Shown: positions 12,728 to 28,682, numbered from the stretch's first letter. The stretch is 64,000 nt of DNA from Octopus vulgaris (GCA_951406725.2 OX597824.1:16430001-16494000), one strand, 5' to 3'. Program-made: numbers and translations. The notes: generated from the letters alone by a model not told the origin.

Positions 12728-13028
12728 GGAGGCACATGGCCTAGTGATTAGAACAGCGGACTCGCGGTCGAGAGATCACGGGTTCGAATCTCAGACCGGG
12801 CGATGTGTGTGTTTATGAGCGAAAACACCTAAGCTCCACGCGGCTCCGGCAGAAGGTAATGGCGAACTTCTGCTGTCTCTTTCGCCACAACTATCTCTCA
12901 CCCTTTCCTCCTACCTCTTGCAGCTTACCTGCGACGGACAGGCGTCCCGTCCAGGTGGGGAACCTATACGCCAAGGAAACCGGGAAACTGGCCCTTATGA
13001 GCCAGGCATGGCTCGAGGAGGAACAAAC
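12728..13028 (+). mobile_element. tRNA-derived SINE family C
   Basis: A box tggcctagtga, B box gggttcgaatc, shared body gagcgaaaacacctaagctccacg. Confidence 0.85.
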
Positions 13029-13638
13029 AACGACATATATTAACCGAAATAGCTGGCAATTAGAATTAGTAAATCTTCGTTGTTAGTAGTATCATGAATA
13101 GAGAGTTTGTTTTGCCTTGGACTCTTAATTACTGATAGAGTCGTTGAGACTCCTCGTGTTATATAGCGTGTCATGGGCGTTTTTTTTATACGCCTGACGG
13201 AGCTCTTTCTTCTATATTCAACATAGTTCCTCTATATTCAACATAGACTGATACTATACTTTTCGACCCCCGAGAGAATCAAAGGAAAGACTGACTTCAC
13301 AGTGTTGTAACTCAAGTGTGATGAGAACCAGAATGAAATAATGCAAGACGATCGATCTAACGCACTAACGAAATGGTCAATATTGTAACACCATCATTGA
13401 TACAAGACTCCATTAATTTTAGTTAAAAATTGACACGTCGACGACGACGATGACGACGACGACGATGATGATGATTATGATTATGATGAGGATGACGAAC
13501 ATTTATGAATTTTACGTATTTTTTAATTATCCTTTTATGTTCTCCCTTATTATTTCATATCGGCCGAGATGTATTTTTTGTTTGTTTATGCATTTTCTAT
13601 CTCTATCATTTCTTTCTTAGTTTTTATGCTTTCCATCA

Positions 13639-13683
<45 letters not shown>

Positions 13684-13687
13684 GCAC

Positions 13688-13719
<32 letters not shown>

Positions 13720-14239
13720 TATTCACACTAATTCCCTCTGTCTTTCTCTCACATTTTTCTCTCTCTCACTCACTCTCTTCCCCGTCCCCTTCTCTCTCTC
13801 TCTCTCTCTCTCTGTTTAGAAAGCATTCATTTTTTCTGACTCATTAACAGAACATTTTAACAATCGTTAATTATAATCATTAAGCGAGGCAATTTTTAAA
13901 AAATGTCTACACACACACAAAGGCAGACACACATACAAAAAAATACACACATGGACGGAGATGAGATACATACGATGGCAGGACAAAAGGTCTCTTTACA
14001 CACTTTCATCCTTACACTCACTTCCTCTCCTCACCTTCTCTCTCTCTCTTTTCCCCTTCAGCCCCACAAACTTCTCCCTCTCTGTTAATCCCTTGTCTTC
14101 AACATGGCGCCTATAATAGATTCTGTCCGAAACTATCACATATAAATTTCTTCATAATTTAAACATATATCCACCATATTTACCTACGTATTTATCTATT
14201 CATCATTGTTCTGTCTCCCATTCTAAACTTTATTGTTTC

Positions 14240-14305
<66 letters not shown>

Positions 14306-14432
14306 GAATACTTACTAAGTAGCAGTAGTAGTAGTATTCTTCATACCTTCCTACATAACTAGCTACCTACATTGAGCCCTACATCGTTTTATAGTTGCGA
14401 CTTCCAACATCCATCACGCCTGTAGCTATAAA

Positions 14433-14489
<57 letters not shown>

Positions 14490-14767
14490 CATCATTATTA
14501 TTATTATTATTATTGTTGTTGTTATTGTTATTATTGTTGTTGTTATTGTTATTATTGCTATTGGTGATGATGTCGTTCTTGTTCTTACTGCTATTGTTGT
14601 TATTAATTGCTATTATCATAATAATAATCATCGTTGCCTTCCTCTGGCGACACGAGCGACGGCGAAGGGAAATATTTGTGAGCTGACGATTGCCAAATAG
14701 TCATATATACATATATATATATATACATACATACATGCATATATATGTGTGATACAACTCACAACAA

Positions 14768-14819
<52 letters not shown>

Positions 14820-14893
14820 ATTTATATATATGAATATATATGTATGTAAATGTATTTATTATATATATATATATACGTGTATATATATGTATG

Positions 14894-14968
<75 letters not shown>

Positions 14969-15020
14969 GTGTGTGAATACATATATATACATATACTTGG
15001 AAATGGAATTTTTTTTCTGC

Positions 15021-15345
15021 ATCTCAACCATATTGTATCGGGTTCAGTCTGTCTGTGTGGAACTTGGGTCAAGTGACTTCTATATTCGACCAAAGCTTTG
15101 TGAGTGGATTTGGTAGACGGAAACGCAAAGAAGCCATATGTTTTTGTGTGTCTATGTGTTTGTTCTCCCACCATCGCTTGACAACCGATGTTGGTGAGTT
15201 TACGTCCCCTTAGCGGTTCTGTAAAAGCAACCGATAGAATAAGTATTAGTCTTATAAAGAATAATTTCTGGGGTCGCTTCGTTCACCTAAAGGCGGTGCT
15301 CCAGCATGGCCGCAGTCAAATGACAGAGACACGTAAAAAAGTAAA
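15021..15345 (+). mobile_element. Diverged SINE family A
   Basis: accaaagctttgtgagtggatttggtagacggaaac...aaggcggtgctccagcatggccgcagtcaaatgac. Confidence 0.8.
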
Positions 15346-15741
15346 AGAATATGAACACACACACACACACACACACAAACACACAGAGACACACATAGAG
15401 GAACACAGTTAAATGTGTTCACTCCCTCACGTGAGAGGGATGTGTGTGTGACTGGGTTTCAATGTTAACCTTTAGTTCCAGGTAAACTTAGGTAAGTACG
15501 GTAAGGGGTTGATGAGTGTCTGGTTGCAAGCATGAGCAAGTGGAGTTATAGCGGGGCTAACATTTGACCAAAGTTTACCTGAACAAGCAATCAGAAAATG
15601 AGAGTTCGAAGAGAATGGTGCACATCAATGTAGGAGAGGTTTGAAAAATATATTAATAAATTAATAAATAGATTAATTAATTTCAGTGTGAAGTAGAGAG
15701 AGAGGTGTGTTACATTTGTGTAAATATATATGAATGCATGC

Positions 15742-16285
15742 GGAGGCGCGTGGCTTAGTGGTTAGGGTGTCAGCATCATGATCGTAAGATTGTGGTTTCG
15801 ATTGCTGGACCGGGCGACGCGTTTTGTTCTTGAGCAAAACACTTCATTTCACATTGCTCCAGTCCACTCAGCTGGCAAAAATGAGTAACGCTGCGATGGA
15901 CTGGCGTCCCGTCCAGCTGGGGAACACATACGCCATTGAAACCGGGAAACCGCGCTTACGATCCTGGCAAGGCTATAAAAGGGCGCATTTATTTATTATT
16001 TATAAATGAATACATGTGGAGGCACAATGGTCCTGGGTTTAAGGCAGCGGACTCGCGGTTGTAAGATCGCGGTTTCGATTCCCAGACCAGGCGTTGTGAG
16101 TGTTTATTGAGCGAAAACACCTATAGCTCCAAGAAGCTCCGGTAGGGTGTGGTGGCGAACCCTGCTGTACTCTTTCACCACAACTTTCTCTCACCCTGGC
16201 GTCATTTGAAGGTTAAAACAAGGCGAAGCGCATTGTGACCAGCGGTGTGTAGCAACATCTGATAGCCTGGTCGGTCACGGTGATC
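15742..16285 (+). mobile_element. Two adjacent family C SINEs (15742-15990 and 16017-16285)
   Basis: Each starts ggaggc..tgg with A- and B-box-like motifs; their 3' tails differ. Confidence 0.8.
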
Positions 16286-16291
16286 ACGTTG

Positions 16292-16345
<54 letters not shown>

Positions 16346-16425
16346 TAACAGTGTTTTTAACCGATTTATATATGTTTATATACATGCACACACACACATA
16401 CACAGAGGCATACATATATATATGC

Positions 16426-16460
<35 letters not shown>

Positions 16461-16630
16461 CGTGTGTACATGAGGAAAACAACAAAACCACGGTGGTTCT
16501 CCAGCATGTCGGCAGTTACATGGGTGAACGAAGAAAAAAGAAACATTGAAAAAATATATATCAACAAAATTAACATATTGGTTGAATAAGCCCTCAAGTG
16601 AATTTCCAGTCTCACGAATATTTGATAATG

Positions 16631-16693
<63 letters not shown>

Positions 16694-16733
16694 ATGTGTA
16701 TGTGTGTGTGTGTGTGTGTGTGTCAGTGTTTAT

Positions 16734-16970
16734 GGCGGCGAGTTGGCCGAATCGTTAGCACGCCAGGTGCAATGATTAGCGGTTTTTCTCCTGCCGTTAA
16801 GTTTTAAGTTCAAATTCCGCTGAGATAAACTTTGCCTTTCATCCTATCGAGGTCGATTAAATAAGTACCAGTTGCATACTGGGGTTGATGCAGATGACTT
16901 AATCCCTTTGTCTGTCCTTGTTTGTCCCCTCTATGTTTAGCTATCCCCACCCTGTCGGCAATAAAGAAAT
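16734..16970 (+). mobile_element. SINE family B (MetaSINE-like core)
   Basis: Head ggcggcgagttggc, B-box-like agttcaaattcc, core gcctttcatcctatcgaggtcgattaaataagtaccag. Confidence 0.8.
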
Positions 16971-17121
16971 AAATATATGCATGTGTATGTGTTTGTTTAT
17001 ATGTGTGTGTGTGTGTATACACATATACATATCTACATACAATTATGCCTCTCGTGCATACACATATATTCTTACTCACAAATATGTGTATGGTCTTCAC
17101 TTACATTTATGTATATTCGTG

Positions 17122-17173
<52 letters not shown>

Positions 17174-17277
17174 ATATATATATATATAAATATGTGTATA
17201 TACGTACACATATATATGTACCCACATATAGGTATACATATACACATATATATAATATATATATATATGTCTGTATG

Positions 17278-17309
<32 letters not shown>

Positions 17310-17331
17310 TGTATGTATGTATGTATGTATG

Positions 17332-17364
<33 letters not shown>

Positions 17365-17725
17365 ATTCTAACAAATGTGTGTATATGTGTTTAACTGTGT
17401 TTGATGACACACAGAAGAGACAGATGTAGAATATAAACGATTAGAACAAAGGCGGATCATTCAATTGTCTGTAAAAAATTATAGGTTTGTTGATTAACGT
17501 AGCAGTGGAGGTGGCGTTGGAGATGTTGAGAGATATTTTGTGAGAGGACGGGGAGTGAGAGGAGAGAGTAGTGATGGAGGAGGGAGACAGCGTTGTCTAA
17601 GAAAGCGCAGTGGGGGCAGACAGTAGAGCAAGATAACAATTATTTGAAAGTCACGTAAATGACTATATGGAGACGTTGAATTGTGAGGAATGGTGCATTA
17701 ATCTCAGAAAGATGGAAGGTGTACC

Positions 17726-17827
17726 TTAGGAATGAGAACCCAGGTTCGAAATTTCCCCAAGACATCTGATGAAGGCTGGAGGGTATATCAGCCGAAACGT
17801 TGTGTTAACAACAAACAAGATGAGGTC
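17726..17827 (+). mobile_element. Hammerhead-bearing Penelope-like pLTR fragment, apparently split by a CR1 insertion
   Basis: Contains the canonical hammerhead at 17761-17806; the sequence switches abruptly to CR1 coding sequence at ~17828. Confidence 0.55.
17761..17806 (+). ncRNA. Minimal type I hammerhead ribozyme
   Basis: gacat-CTGATGA-a-ggctg(gagggtatat)cagcc-GAAA-cGTT-gtgtt; palindromic stem III aacgtt. Confidence 0.8.
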
Positions 17828-18168
17828 GCTCACAACATCATAAGCGGAAAGTGTAACCTCTCGAAAGAGCCGTTCTTCACTCCTGCTCCAGAGCGTCGGC
17901 TGCGGGGTCACTCCGAAAAGCTCTATCTGCGACGATTTCATCTCAATCGAAGGAGAGGGGTTTTCTCCGTCCGGGTTGCGGATCCGTGGAATAAGCTGCC
18001 GGACGAGATAATGAAGATGCCAACGACCGCTCAGTTTAAAGTCTCTCTTGACCAGAAATGCCCTGAACTCTTTGCATGAACACCCCTGTACATAACTCCA
18101 TGTCCCCCTACATGGCCTTGCTTTTTGCTTTATGAGCCAAAAAATTAACTTAACTTAACTTTAACTTA
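17828..18168 (+). mobile_element. CR1-like LINE 3' end
   Basis: LRGHSEKL...RRGVFSVRVADPWNKLP...FKVSLD is the typical CR1 ORF2 C-terminus; short 3' UTR and (TAACT)n tail. Confidence 0.9.
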
Positions 18169-19097
18169 AATATCCGTCAAATGTAAGTAATGTAAATAAT
18201 GGGCTCTATACAGTTCACAGATTTCACTTAGAAATCATTGGTCATTCTGAGGCTACAGAAAATAAATTTTGTCCAAAATGTCATGCCGTGAGATCGAAAT
18301 CAGGATACGTATTCGCGAAACAAACTTTTTAACCTGAGGCTAAAGAAAATAATTTTCGGTCCAAAATGCCATCTCGTTGGTTTGAAACCGGTATACATAT
18401 TTACGACAAGAATTTATTAACCAGTTGGCCACAATGCTCACTCACATCACAAGCATTAAAGAAATTAGAGAAAAATGTGTTATTATTAGAAAGTTATTTT
18501 TGTGTGCGCCTGTCTTAATGAATTATGGTCTTCCTGAACGGATCGGATCTTTTTTTAGGAATAACTACATAACGAAGCGAATTGAGATTTAGTTAATCGT
18601 AAAAAATAAATATCTTTAAAAGTAATTGCACCAAATGAACCCAATTTATGGAAACGATTAATCATATTGTAATTAACTGCCAATTACCAATCTGATAGGA
18701 ACAAATTACACTCTTCTAGTGATGTAAACTCCATCGTGAAGAATTACTGAAATATCGACAAGAAATTACTAAAAACAAACAAACATAAAACAAGATATTC
18801 CAAGCAATTTTATACGACATAAAAAAATTTTTTTTCTCTTCTACTGATTTTCACCTTTTTATCAATATTCATCGCTTGACTACAGGTTATTTATCGTATG
18901 TTCACCTCCATATAGAGTTATAAAAATTGTCATGTATAGATTATCCAGTCAAACGTGATCAATAAAACTCAAATTTTAACAATTGCGGTATTTGGTGTTT
19001 AATATGGCTGACATGATGCAAATAATTCTGCGATAAATAATATATATGCGTACATGGCTGTCATATCTGTATGTTTATGCGTCTGTAGTGCGTTCAG

Positions 19098-19155
<58 letters not shown>

Positions 19156-19294
19156 GTGGTTGTGTGTGTGTTCTGGGGATATGGGGTTCTCACTCTTTCA
19201 GTCAGTCAGCAATCCTCAACTTTTGAAGAAAAGCCCACCCTATATATATATATATATCTATCTATCTATATATGTATACATGTACATATATATA

Positions 19295-19522
<228 letters not shown>

Positions 19523-19658
19523 TGTGTATATTTAAAAATTTATATGCATATATATATATATGCATATATAAATATATTAAATAGTTTCAAATATATACAT
19601 ATATACATACATATATATATATATTATATATGTGTATGTGTGTGTGTGTGTGTGTGTG

Positions 19659-19848
19659 TGGAGGCGCAATGGACTAGTGGTTAGGGCAGCGGACTCAGGG
19701 TCGTAAGATTGCGGTTTCGATCGCGGTGTGAGTGTTTATTGAGCAAAACACCTAAAGCTCCACGAGACTCCGGCAAGGGTGGTGGTGGTGGCTAAATCTA
19801 CTGTACTCTTTACTAGAACCCTCGTCGTCGTAACCAATGGAGTTCCAC
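19659..19848 (+). mobile_element. SINE family C, internally deleted
   Basis: Head ggaggcgcaatggactagtggttagggcagcggac; tail gaaccctcgtcgtcgtaacc as at 49354. Confidence 0.8.
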
Positions 19849-19877
19849 GATATATATGTATGTATATATATATATAT

Positions 19878-20026
19878 ATATATAAAAGGAAATGAAGAAA
19901 ATGCTGACAAATAATTGAAGTAATTTAAGTAATTTAATTAGGTGAAAGTTCTTTTTACCGGTTGCGCATTTGTTATGCTTATCAAAATATTTTGTCAGCA
20001 TTTTCTTCATTTCCTTTTTTATATAT
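19878..20026. repeat. Inverted repeat (~35-bp arms) enclosing a U3-A8 hammerhead-like relic on the minus strand (19951-19990)
   Basis: aaaaggaaatgaagaaaatgctgacaaa / tttgtcagcattttcttcatttcctttt. The spacer reads TTGATAA-gcat(aacaa)atgc-GCAA-ccgGTA-aaa on the minus strand. Confidence 0.75.
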
Positions 20027-20058
20027 CACCACTCGTGTTCGACATCTCCTTTTTTTAA

Positions 20059-20138
<80 letters not shown>

Positions 20139-20336
20139 ATTTATATATATATACATATATACAAATATATATGCATGCATGTATATCTGTTCGAAATGGG
20201 GAGTAGACAGACAGCCGACAACTGAAGAACGGTCATTCATTGTATTGTCCTTTTTCTCTCATTATTTGCGTATTTAACTCATTTGTTTCGGATTTTCTGT
20301 TGTTTACTGTTGGTGACATCCTGAACCCATATATGC

Positions 20337-20453
<117 letters not shown>

Positions 20454-20545
20454 CATATATATATATACACACATGTATATGTATATATATTTATATATTA
20501 TTTATATTGTTATGTAATTGAACGAAACGCATCCATTTCCAAGTA

Positions 20546-20598
<53 letters not shown>

Positions 20599-20770
20599 GT
20601 ATATATATATATATATTTAGTTTAGAAATGTGAGTATATACAAATTTCACAAATATATATAGTGTATATTATATTAATTATATTTATTTTTTGTTTTTTA
20701 TGTTTTGGTTTATGTCTATCACTGTTTGAGTTGCCTAATAGTGGTTTTATCTCTAATTTAATTTATATAC

Positions 20771-20809
<39 letters not shown>

Positions 20810-20995
20810 CAGGGAGAATCCACAAAAAAACAAAGGACGGAGACAGGTGGTGTAGACAACAAACAGATGTATTAGTTTAACGATCGGGAAGTGAAAAAGT
20901 CCTTAACGTTTCGAGCCTACGCTCTTCCACAGAAAGGAACACAGAAAGAAACAAGGAGAGGAAGTAAAAAATGTGCAGTGGCTAGCGATCTATCG
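20810..20995 (-). mobile_element. Penelope-like pLTR module with A6U hammerhead-like motif (20901-20937)
   Basis: Minus strand cttt-CTGTGGA-a-gagc(gtag)gctc-GAAA-cgtt-aagg; homologous to 48425-48575, 46275-46480 and 11590-11780. Confidence 0.65.
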
Positions 20996-21067
20996 TATTA
21001 TATATTTACATTTTATATATATATTATACACACACGCGCACACACGCACACACACACACACACACCC

Positions 21068-21106
<39 letters not shown>

Positions 21107-21910
21107 CATGCATACATACACACACACTCACACACACCGCCACGCACACACATGCACTCACTCACACATAAACGAACACACACACACACACATACATAGT
21201 TTATTGTTCTGTTATAGGCGAAATCAACAAAAAATGTACTCCATCTACTGATAGATAAATGTTATTTAATATACTCAGGATTTAAAGAAGCGACATTAAT
21301 AGTTTCGTGCCATGGGAAGACGATAAATCGTCAGATTTATATAACATTGGTCTCTGAAGGAACACGAGAAAAAAATAAAGCAAGAAGGATGATGCAAAAA
21401 CTTGCAAAAGAGGACGCAGAATAAATAAAAACAAAAACAAAAAAAGAATGGGAAAAGGAAAGAAAGGAAATCAAGAACTACGTCCCCTAATTTGTATAAA
21501 TCAGAATTTACCTATCTAGTGTAGAATATTTTGACGTTGACGATGCCAAAATCTGGGCGAGGGCTGCTCAATCTGGAAAGGGTGATTCCAGCTCGAAAAA
21601 AGGCATTAAGTCGATTGCTTACACAATTGAACATTTCAGTTCTAAAAAATAAGAAATGTCAGTTTGGAAAGAAAAGGAGCTGGCGAAGGATCAGAAACCA
21701 GATAGGGATGCAGTTCTTTAAGAGAGGGGTAATAAGGATGGAGGGATCAAATGCGCACGCCCCCCCCCCCAACATAGATTTGTGCACTTCTCTGGAAACG
21801 GGCATTATACACGTATATATATACGTGCGTGTGTGTGTGTGTGTGTGTGCGTGTTGTGTGTGTGTATGTGTGTGTGTGTGTGTGTTTGTGTGTGAGTGAG
21901 TATGTATATA

Positions 21911-22079
21911 ATTATTCAGTTTATTTCAAGATTTCTTGCCAATAGAGAAAGAACCGGTTTCTAACCTAGATCCAAGGTTCCTTCATTGGAATTTCGACAT
22001 CAACAGGGTATTTTTGTATGTATGTCATTATTCAGTTTATTTCAAGATTTATTGCCAATAGAGAAAGAGGGTATTTTTG
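21911..22079 (-). repeat. Small repeat with partial tandem duplication and a degenerate hammerhead-like motif (21947-21995)
   Basis: attattcagtttatttcaagattt.ttgccaatagagaaaga occurs twice. Minus strand: ccaatga-agg-aacct(tggatct)aggtt-a-GAAA-ccgGTT. Confidence 0.5.
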
Positions 22080-22261
22080 CTTGTATGTATGTATGTATGT
22101 ATGTATGTATCTGTGTCCATGCACGGCTATGTACTGTGGTTAAGACGTAAGCCTCGCAAACAAGTGGTTAAGGATTTCTCTTCTGTCTAGAGCCTACCAA
22201 ATTCTTGTGAATGGAAACGAAACGAAACCAATACTTGTATGTGTTTATGTATGTATGTCAG

Positions 22262-22298
<37 letters not shown>

Positions 22299-23620
22299 AT
22301 GCGTGAGTCTGCTTGTATTTTAATATAGACATATACGCACATACACATATATGCACATATGTATATATAAATATATATATATAAGCACATATACACACGA
22401 GCACACACACATGCTCACACAAACACACACGCACACACAGACACACACACAGACACCTACACACACACAGACACACACACACATATTATACCGTTTATAT
22501 GATGTACTTTTCGAGGCATTGGATCGAAGAGGGAGGGAAAAAGAAAGAGAAAGCGATGACATAGAATGAGAGAGAGAAAGAGAGGGGGGAAAGAGGTAGA
22601 GGAAGAGAGGATTTATAGAAATAGAAAAAAAAATCACCAAAAGTCTGAGAGAGAGGGGGGGAGGGGGGGAATTCTTATGCTAACAAATAAACTGCAGAAG
22701 GAACTAAAAGAAAAGCAATAAAGAATAAGATAGCGACAACAACAGCAACAACAATAACAACAACAACTACAACAACAACAACAACAGCAACAACAACAGG
22801 CAACAACAACAACACCAACAACAATAAGCAGCTACCAGAGAAAAAGAAACGGCAATTCTATAAATGACATTATAGCACAAAAATACTTCTTGATATTTTT
22901 TGCGATATACATACATATATACACACACATATGTGTGTGTGTGTGTATGTGTATGTGTGTGTGTGTGTGTACATATGTATGTATGTATGTGTGCATCCGC
23001 ATTTCTGTAATATTCCTAATTTTATATATTTTCTGCTTTCCCGTTATTGATTTTGTTCGTTGAAATTATATTTTGAAGACATCAACACAATTTATATATT
23101 CAGAAATAATAATTAAATTCGATGTTTTCTGATTGAGAAAATCCCATTGCAAATGCCAAGAGTTAACCTATTTAATTACACTAGTCAATATGGAATAAAG
23201 TAGGCAAACACAAGTAGAATATTTGATGAGTTAACATCCTCTGCCGCGTATTGTTTGCGTGTTTGTATCATGGTTGTTTTGTTGGAGAGTTGAGAAACTC
23301 TATACAGCCGTGTATCACGCTGTTTGCATGTATGAATGTATGAATGAATGAACCATAAGCGTAATTCTTTTATAAGGTATATGCACGGTGGATGCGGGGC
23401 GGGGTGATGGTGGTGGTGTATTTGTGGTAGTGGTGGTGGTCGTATTGTGGTGGTTGTGGTGGTGTGGTGGTGCTAGTGGTGGTGTTGGTGGCGGTCTATG
23501 ATTGGATACAGACTGTTCAGATGTAACAATCGCACTTAATGCTAAATTCAAATAAATCCTTCTGCCTCCTTTAATTAATAATTTCTATATGGATATATAC
23601 ATATATACACACACACACAG

Positions 23621-23688
<68 letters not shown>

Positions 23689-23690
23689 AT

Positions 23691-23729
<39 letters not shown>

Positions 23730-23792
23730 TGTGAGCGTGTGTGTGTATATATACATATGTACATATTTATATATATACCTACATAATATATA

Positions 23793-24167
23793 TCTTTATA
23801 TATAAAAGTGAAGTTGTGTGTCTGTCTCCTACGATTTAAATTCCTAACTATTCCCACATTTTGCGGTGCAGTTTAACCAAAACCAGGTATCTTATAGTAG
23901 TGATTCATATTGAGCCCTTCTGGGTATTACCGCGCGTCTACGATGAGTCTATGATTTAAAAACAAATTTACCATAATTTTTTCCCATTTTTAAAGCATTT
24001 TTTCGCTATTATATAAGGTAAGTAACTCTCTAAAAATGTATTATTAAATCTCAGAACGTAAAAAGCTACAGTAACATATTGAGATGGCTATTATACTTTA
24101 CATCTCTAAAAATGCTTATATAGTTATTTCCCTTACAAACCCGAGCAACGCCGGGTGATACTGCTAG
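23793..24167 (+). mobile_element. Non-autonomous Helitron
   Basis: 5' A|TC start, 3' hairpin cccgagcaacgccggg about 10 nt before CTAG|T, no TSD. Confidence 0.8.
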
Positions 24168-24205
<38 letters not shown>

Positions 24206-24334
24206 CATATTTAAATATTTACACTTATATACATACACACACGCATCAACACATACGCACACAGACTCATACAGACATGCACAGACACACACTCGCATAT
24301 ATATCTATATATCATAACGTAGTAGTGTGATCAA

Positions 24335-24705
24335 GGCGGCGCCCCGGGCGAAATTCTTAACCGTATTTCGTCTGCCGTTCTGAGTTCAAATTCCGCCGAG
24401 GTCGACTTCGCCGTTCATCCTTTCGGGTTCGATTAAATAAGTACCAGTTACGAACTGAGGTCGATATAATCGACTTAATCCGTTTGTCTGTCCTTGTTTG
24501 TCCCCTCTGTGTTTATCCCCTTGTGGTTAGTAAAGAAATAGGTATTTCGTCTGCTGCTACGTTCTGAGTTCAAATTCCGCAAATGTCGACTTTGCCATTC
24601 ATCATTTCGGGGTCGATAACTTATGTACCAGTTGCGTACTGAGGTTGACCTAATTGACTGGCCCCCCCTCCCCCAAAATTTCGGGCCTTGTTCCTATTGT
24701 TAAAT
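24335..24705 (+). mobile_element. SINE family B, two tandem core units
   Basis: gtatttcgtctgc...gttctgagttcaaattccgc repeated about 180 bp apart. Confidence 0.85.
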
Positions 24706-24957
24706 AGAATGTTGATTTCTGATTTGAGCATAAATCCAAATAATTTGAAGTAAGAATATTAATGGACACCATCTCTTCAGTATTTAAATTCTTTGACTCC
24801 GGAGGAATAAGGAGCAAATTTGACCTCGAGGTAAACGCAAGAACGAATCACAGAGAATGCTTCTTTCCCCTGCGTACTCTAACAATTCTACCAGCGCAAC
24901 GATTTTAGTATATTATTCAGGTACAAGACCATAAATCTTGAGTGCGGGGGTTACAGA

Positions 24958-25545
24958 ATATCTATTTCTTTACTACCCACAAGGGGCTGGACACAGAGAG
25001 GGCAAACAAGGACGATTAGATCGACCCCAGTGCGTAACTGGTACTTAATTTATTGACCTTCGAAAGGATGAAAGGCAAAGTCGACCTCGGCAGAATTTGA
25101 ACTCAGAATGTAACGACATACGATATACCTATTTCTTTACTACCAACAAGGGACCAAACACAGATGGGGGCAAACAAGGACAGATAAACGGATTAGTCGA
25201 TTAGATCGACCCCAGTGTGTAACTGGTACTTAATTTATCGACCCCCGAAAGGATGAAAGCAAAGTCGACCTCGGCAGAATTTGAACTCAGAATGTAACGA
25301 CAGACGATATACCTATTTTTTTACTACCCACAAGGGGCCAAACACAGATGGGGCAAACAAGGACAGACAAACGGATTAAGTCGATTACATCGACCCCAGT
25401 GCGTAACTGGTACTTATTTAATCGACCCCGAAAGGATGAAAGGCAAAGTCGACCTCGGTGGAATTTGAACTCAGAACGTAACGACAGACGATATACGGCT
25501 ACGCATTTCGCCCGGCGTGCTAACGTTTCTGCCAGCTCATCGCCT
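24958..25545 (-). mobile_element. SINE family B, three tandem core units with one head
   Basis: ctatttctttactacc...gaaaggatgaaaggcaaagtcgacctcgg occurs three times; head at 25500-25545. Confidence 0.88.
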
Positions 25546-26034
25546 TGGGGTTACAGAATATCATCAACAAAATTATTTGATTTCTACTTTATTTTATTCA
25601 CCGTGGAAGGATAAAAAAAAAAGCAAGTGGCCTTGGAGGGATTTGAGCTCGGAATGTTAAGACTGAGAAGTTTATAGATCAAGGCATTATTTTCTGACGC
25701 CTAACGATTCCGCCATCGCCTAGAAAGTGCCGTGCAATTAGTCTTGTCTTTCATTGTTATATCTACCTGTTTTTGTAAATAAAGCGACGTCACTATCAGC
25801 CAAGCATTCAGCTGCACGTTAGAGGGGGGGGGGGAGAAGAGAACAGAAGAATAATAGAATAACAGAATAGAAAAAAGAAGAAATAGAAAAACACTGTTTT
25901 CGTTTTTTGCTGTCTGTCTGTCTGTCTATTGGTTTCCAGCGTTTGTTTAGTATTTGAAACACTATTTTTCTAATGACCTCTATTATTTATTGTCTTTGCC
26001 AATAGCAGACTGTTCGGCAGCTCTTTTCACGATT

Positions 26035-27380
<1,346 letters not shown>

Positions 27381-27969
27381 CCTCTACGTCTTTATTCCTC
27401 TTTCACTCTCGCGCCCGTTCCCCCCCTCCTAGTATTCTCCCCTGCCAATAAACCAGTATCCATAAATGTCCATCAGACAAGTGTACTTGTTGCTATGTAT
27501 CTCGCATGATCACGTATAGATTTTCCTGTACAATATCCTAACATGTCCTCACGTTCCCTAATAAATCGCTCTTCAGGTTTCCTCTTTTGTTTTCGCATAT
27601 TTTTCTCAAATTTCCAATTTTCTTTAGAAGTACTTTCACTTTCGCGTACAATCACATATACATACACGCAACGCCACTAGATACACATTATGTATTTACT
27701 TGTATATATACTTATGTGTCCTGGTTTGTGTATATATATATGTGTGTGTGCGTGCGCTTGTGCGGGCGCAGGTGCGTGTATGTGTGTGTATGATTGTGTA
27801 TGTCAAACATATATATATACGTGTGTGTGTGTATTAACATATATGTATACATTTATGTATACATATATATATGTATACATATATATATATATTTATGTAT
27901 GTATACATATATATATATATATATATATATGCATACACTCATACACATATATACATACATAAAAAATAC

Positions 27970-28014
<45 letters not shown>

Positions 28015-28211
28015 TTTGTATATCTATCTATCTATCTATCTATACATACATACAGATATATATACATATATATAATACACATATCTATGTATCTATATAT
28101 ATACATACACACACTCATACATATATATATACATACATAAAAAATAGATATGTATATATATATATATATATATGCACTTATATATAAAAGTTTGTATATT
28201 TATCTATATAT

Positions 28212-28291
<80 letters not shown>

Positions 28292-28640
28292 ATATGTATA
28301 TATTAATGTATTAATGTATTTGGGGATGTTAATTTATATTGTTTTGCCAAATGAACACAGGCACTATATATTTTTGTCTTCACTCGTTCATTTCTGCTCT
28401 TATTTCATTATTGTGGCTCATGTCCATTGTGCAGAAATTTTTCGTCACACATCTGTGACCTCTTCAGCGATACTTTTCGTTTTCGTGTGTGTTCTTGCTC
28501 TACTTACTCGCTTCTCTTCTTCTAAGGTGTGTATCCTTATGTGCGCATGCGTTTGTGTCCTTGTTTGTGTATACGTGTATGTATGTGCGCACCTGAGTGT
28601 GCACGTGTTTGTGTTTGTGTATGCGTGCTTGTGTATGTGT

Positions 28641-28682
<42 letters not shown>

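Noticed and set aside
12728-12800. tRNA gene look-alikes (also 16017, 49011, 58625)
   Set aside because: They have A and B boxes but no proper acceptor stem, and they continue into SINE bodies.
21470-21620. RT remnant (GRGLLNLE, RPLIC)
   Set aside because: Two short motifs only; too decayed to call.
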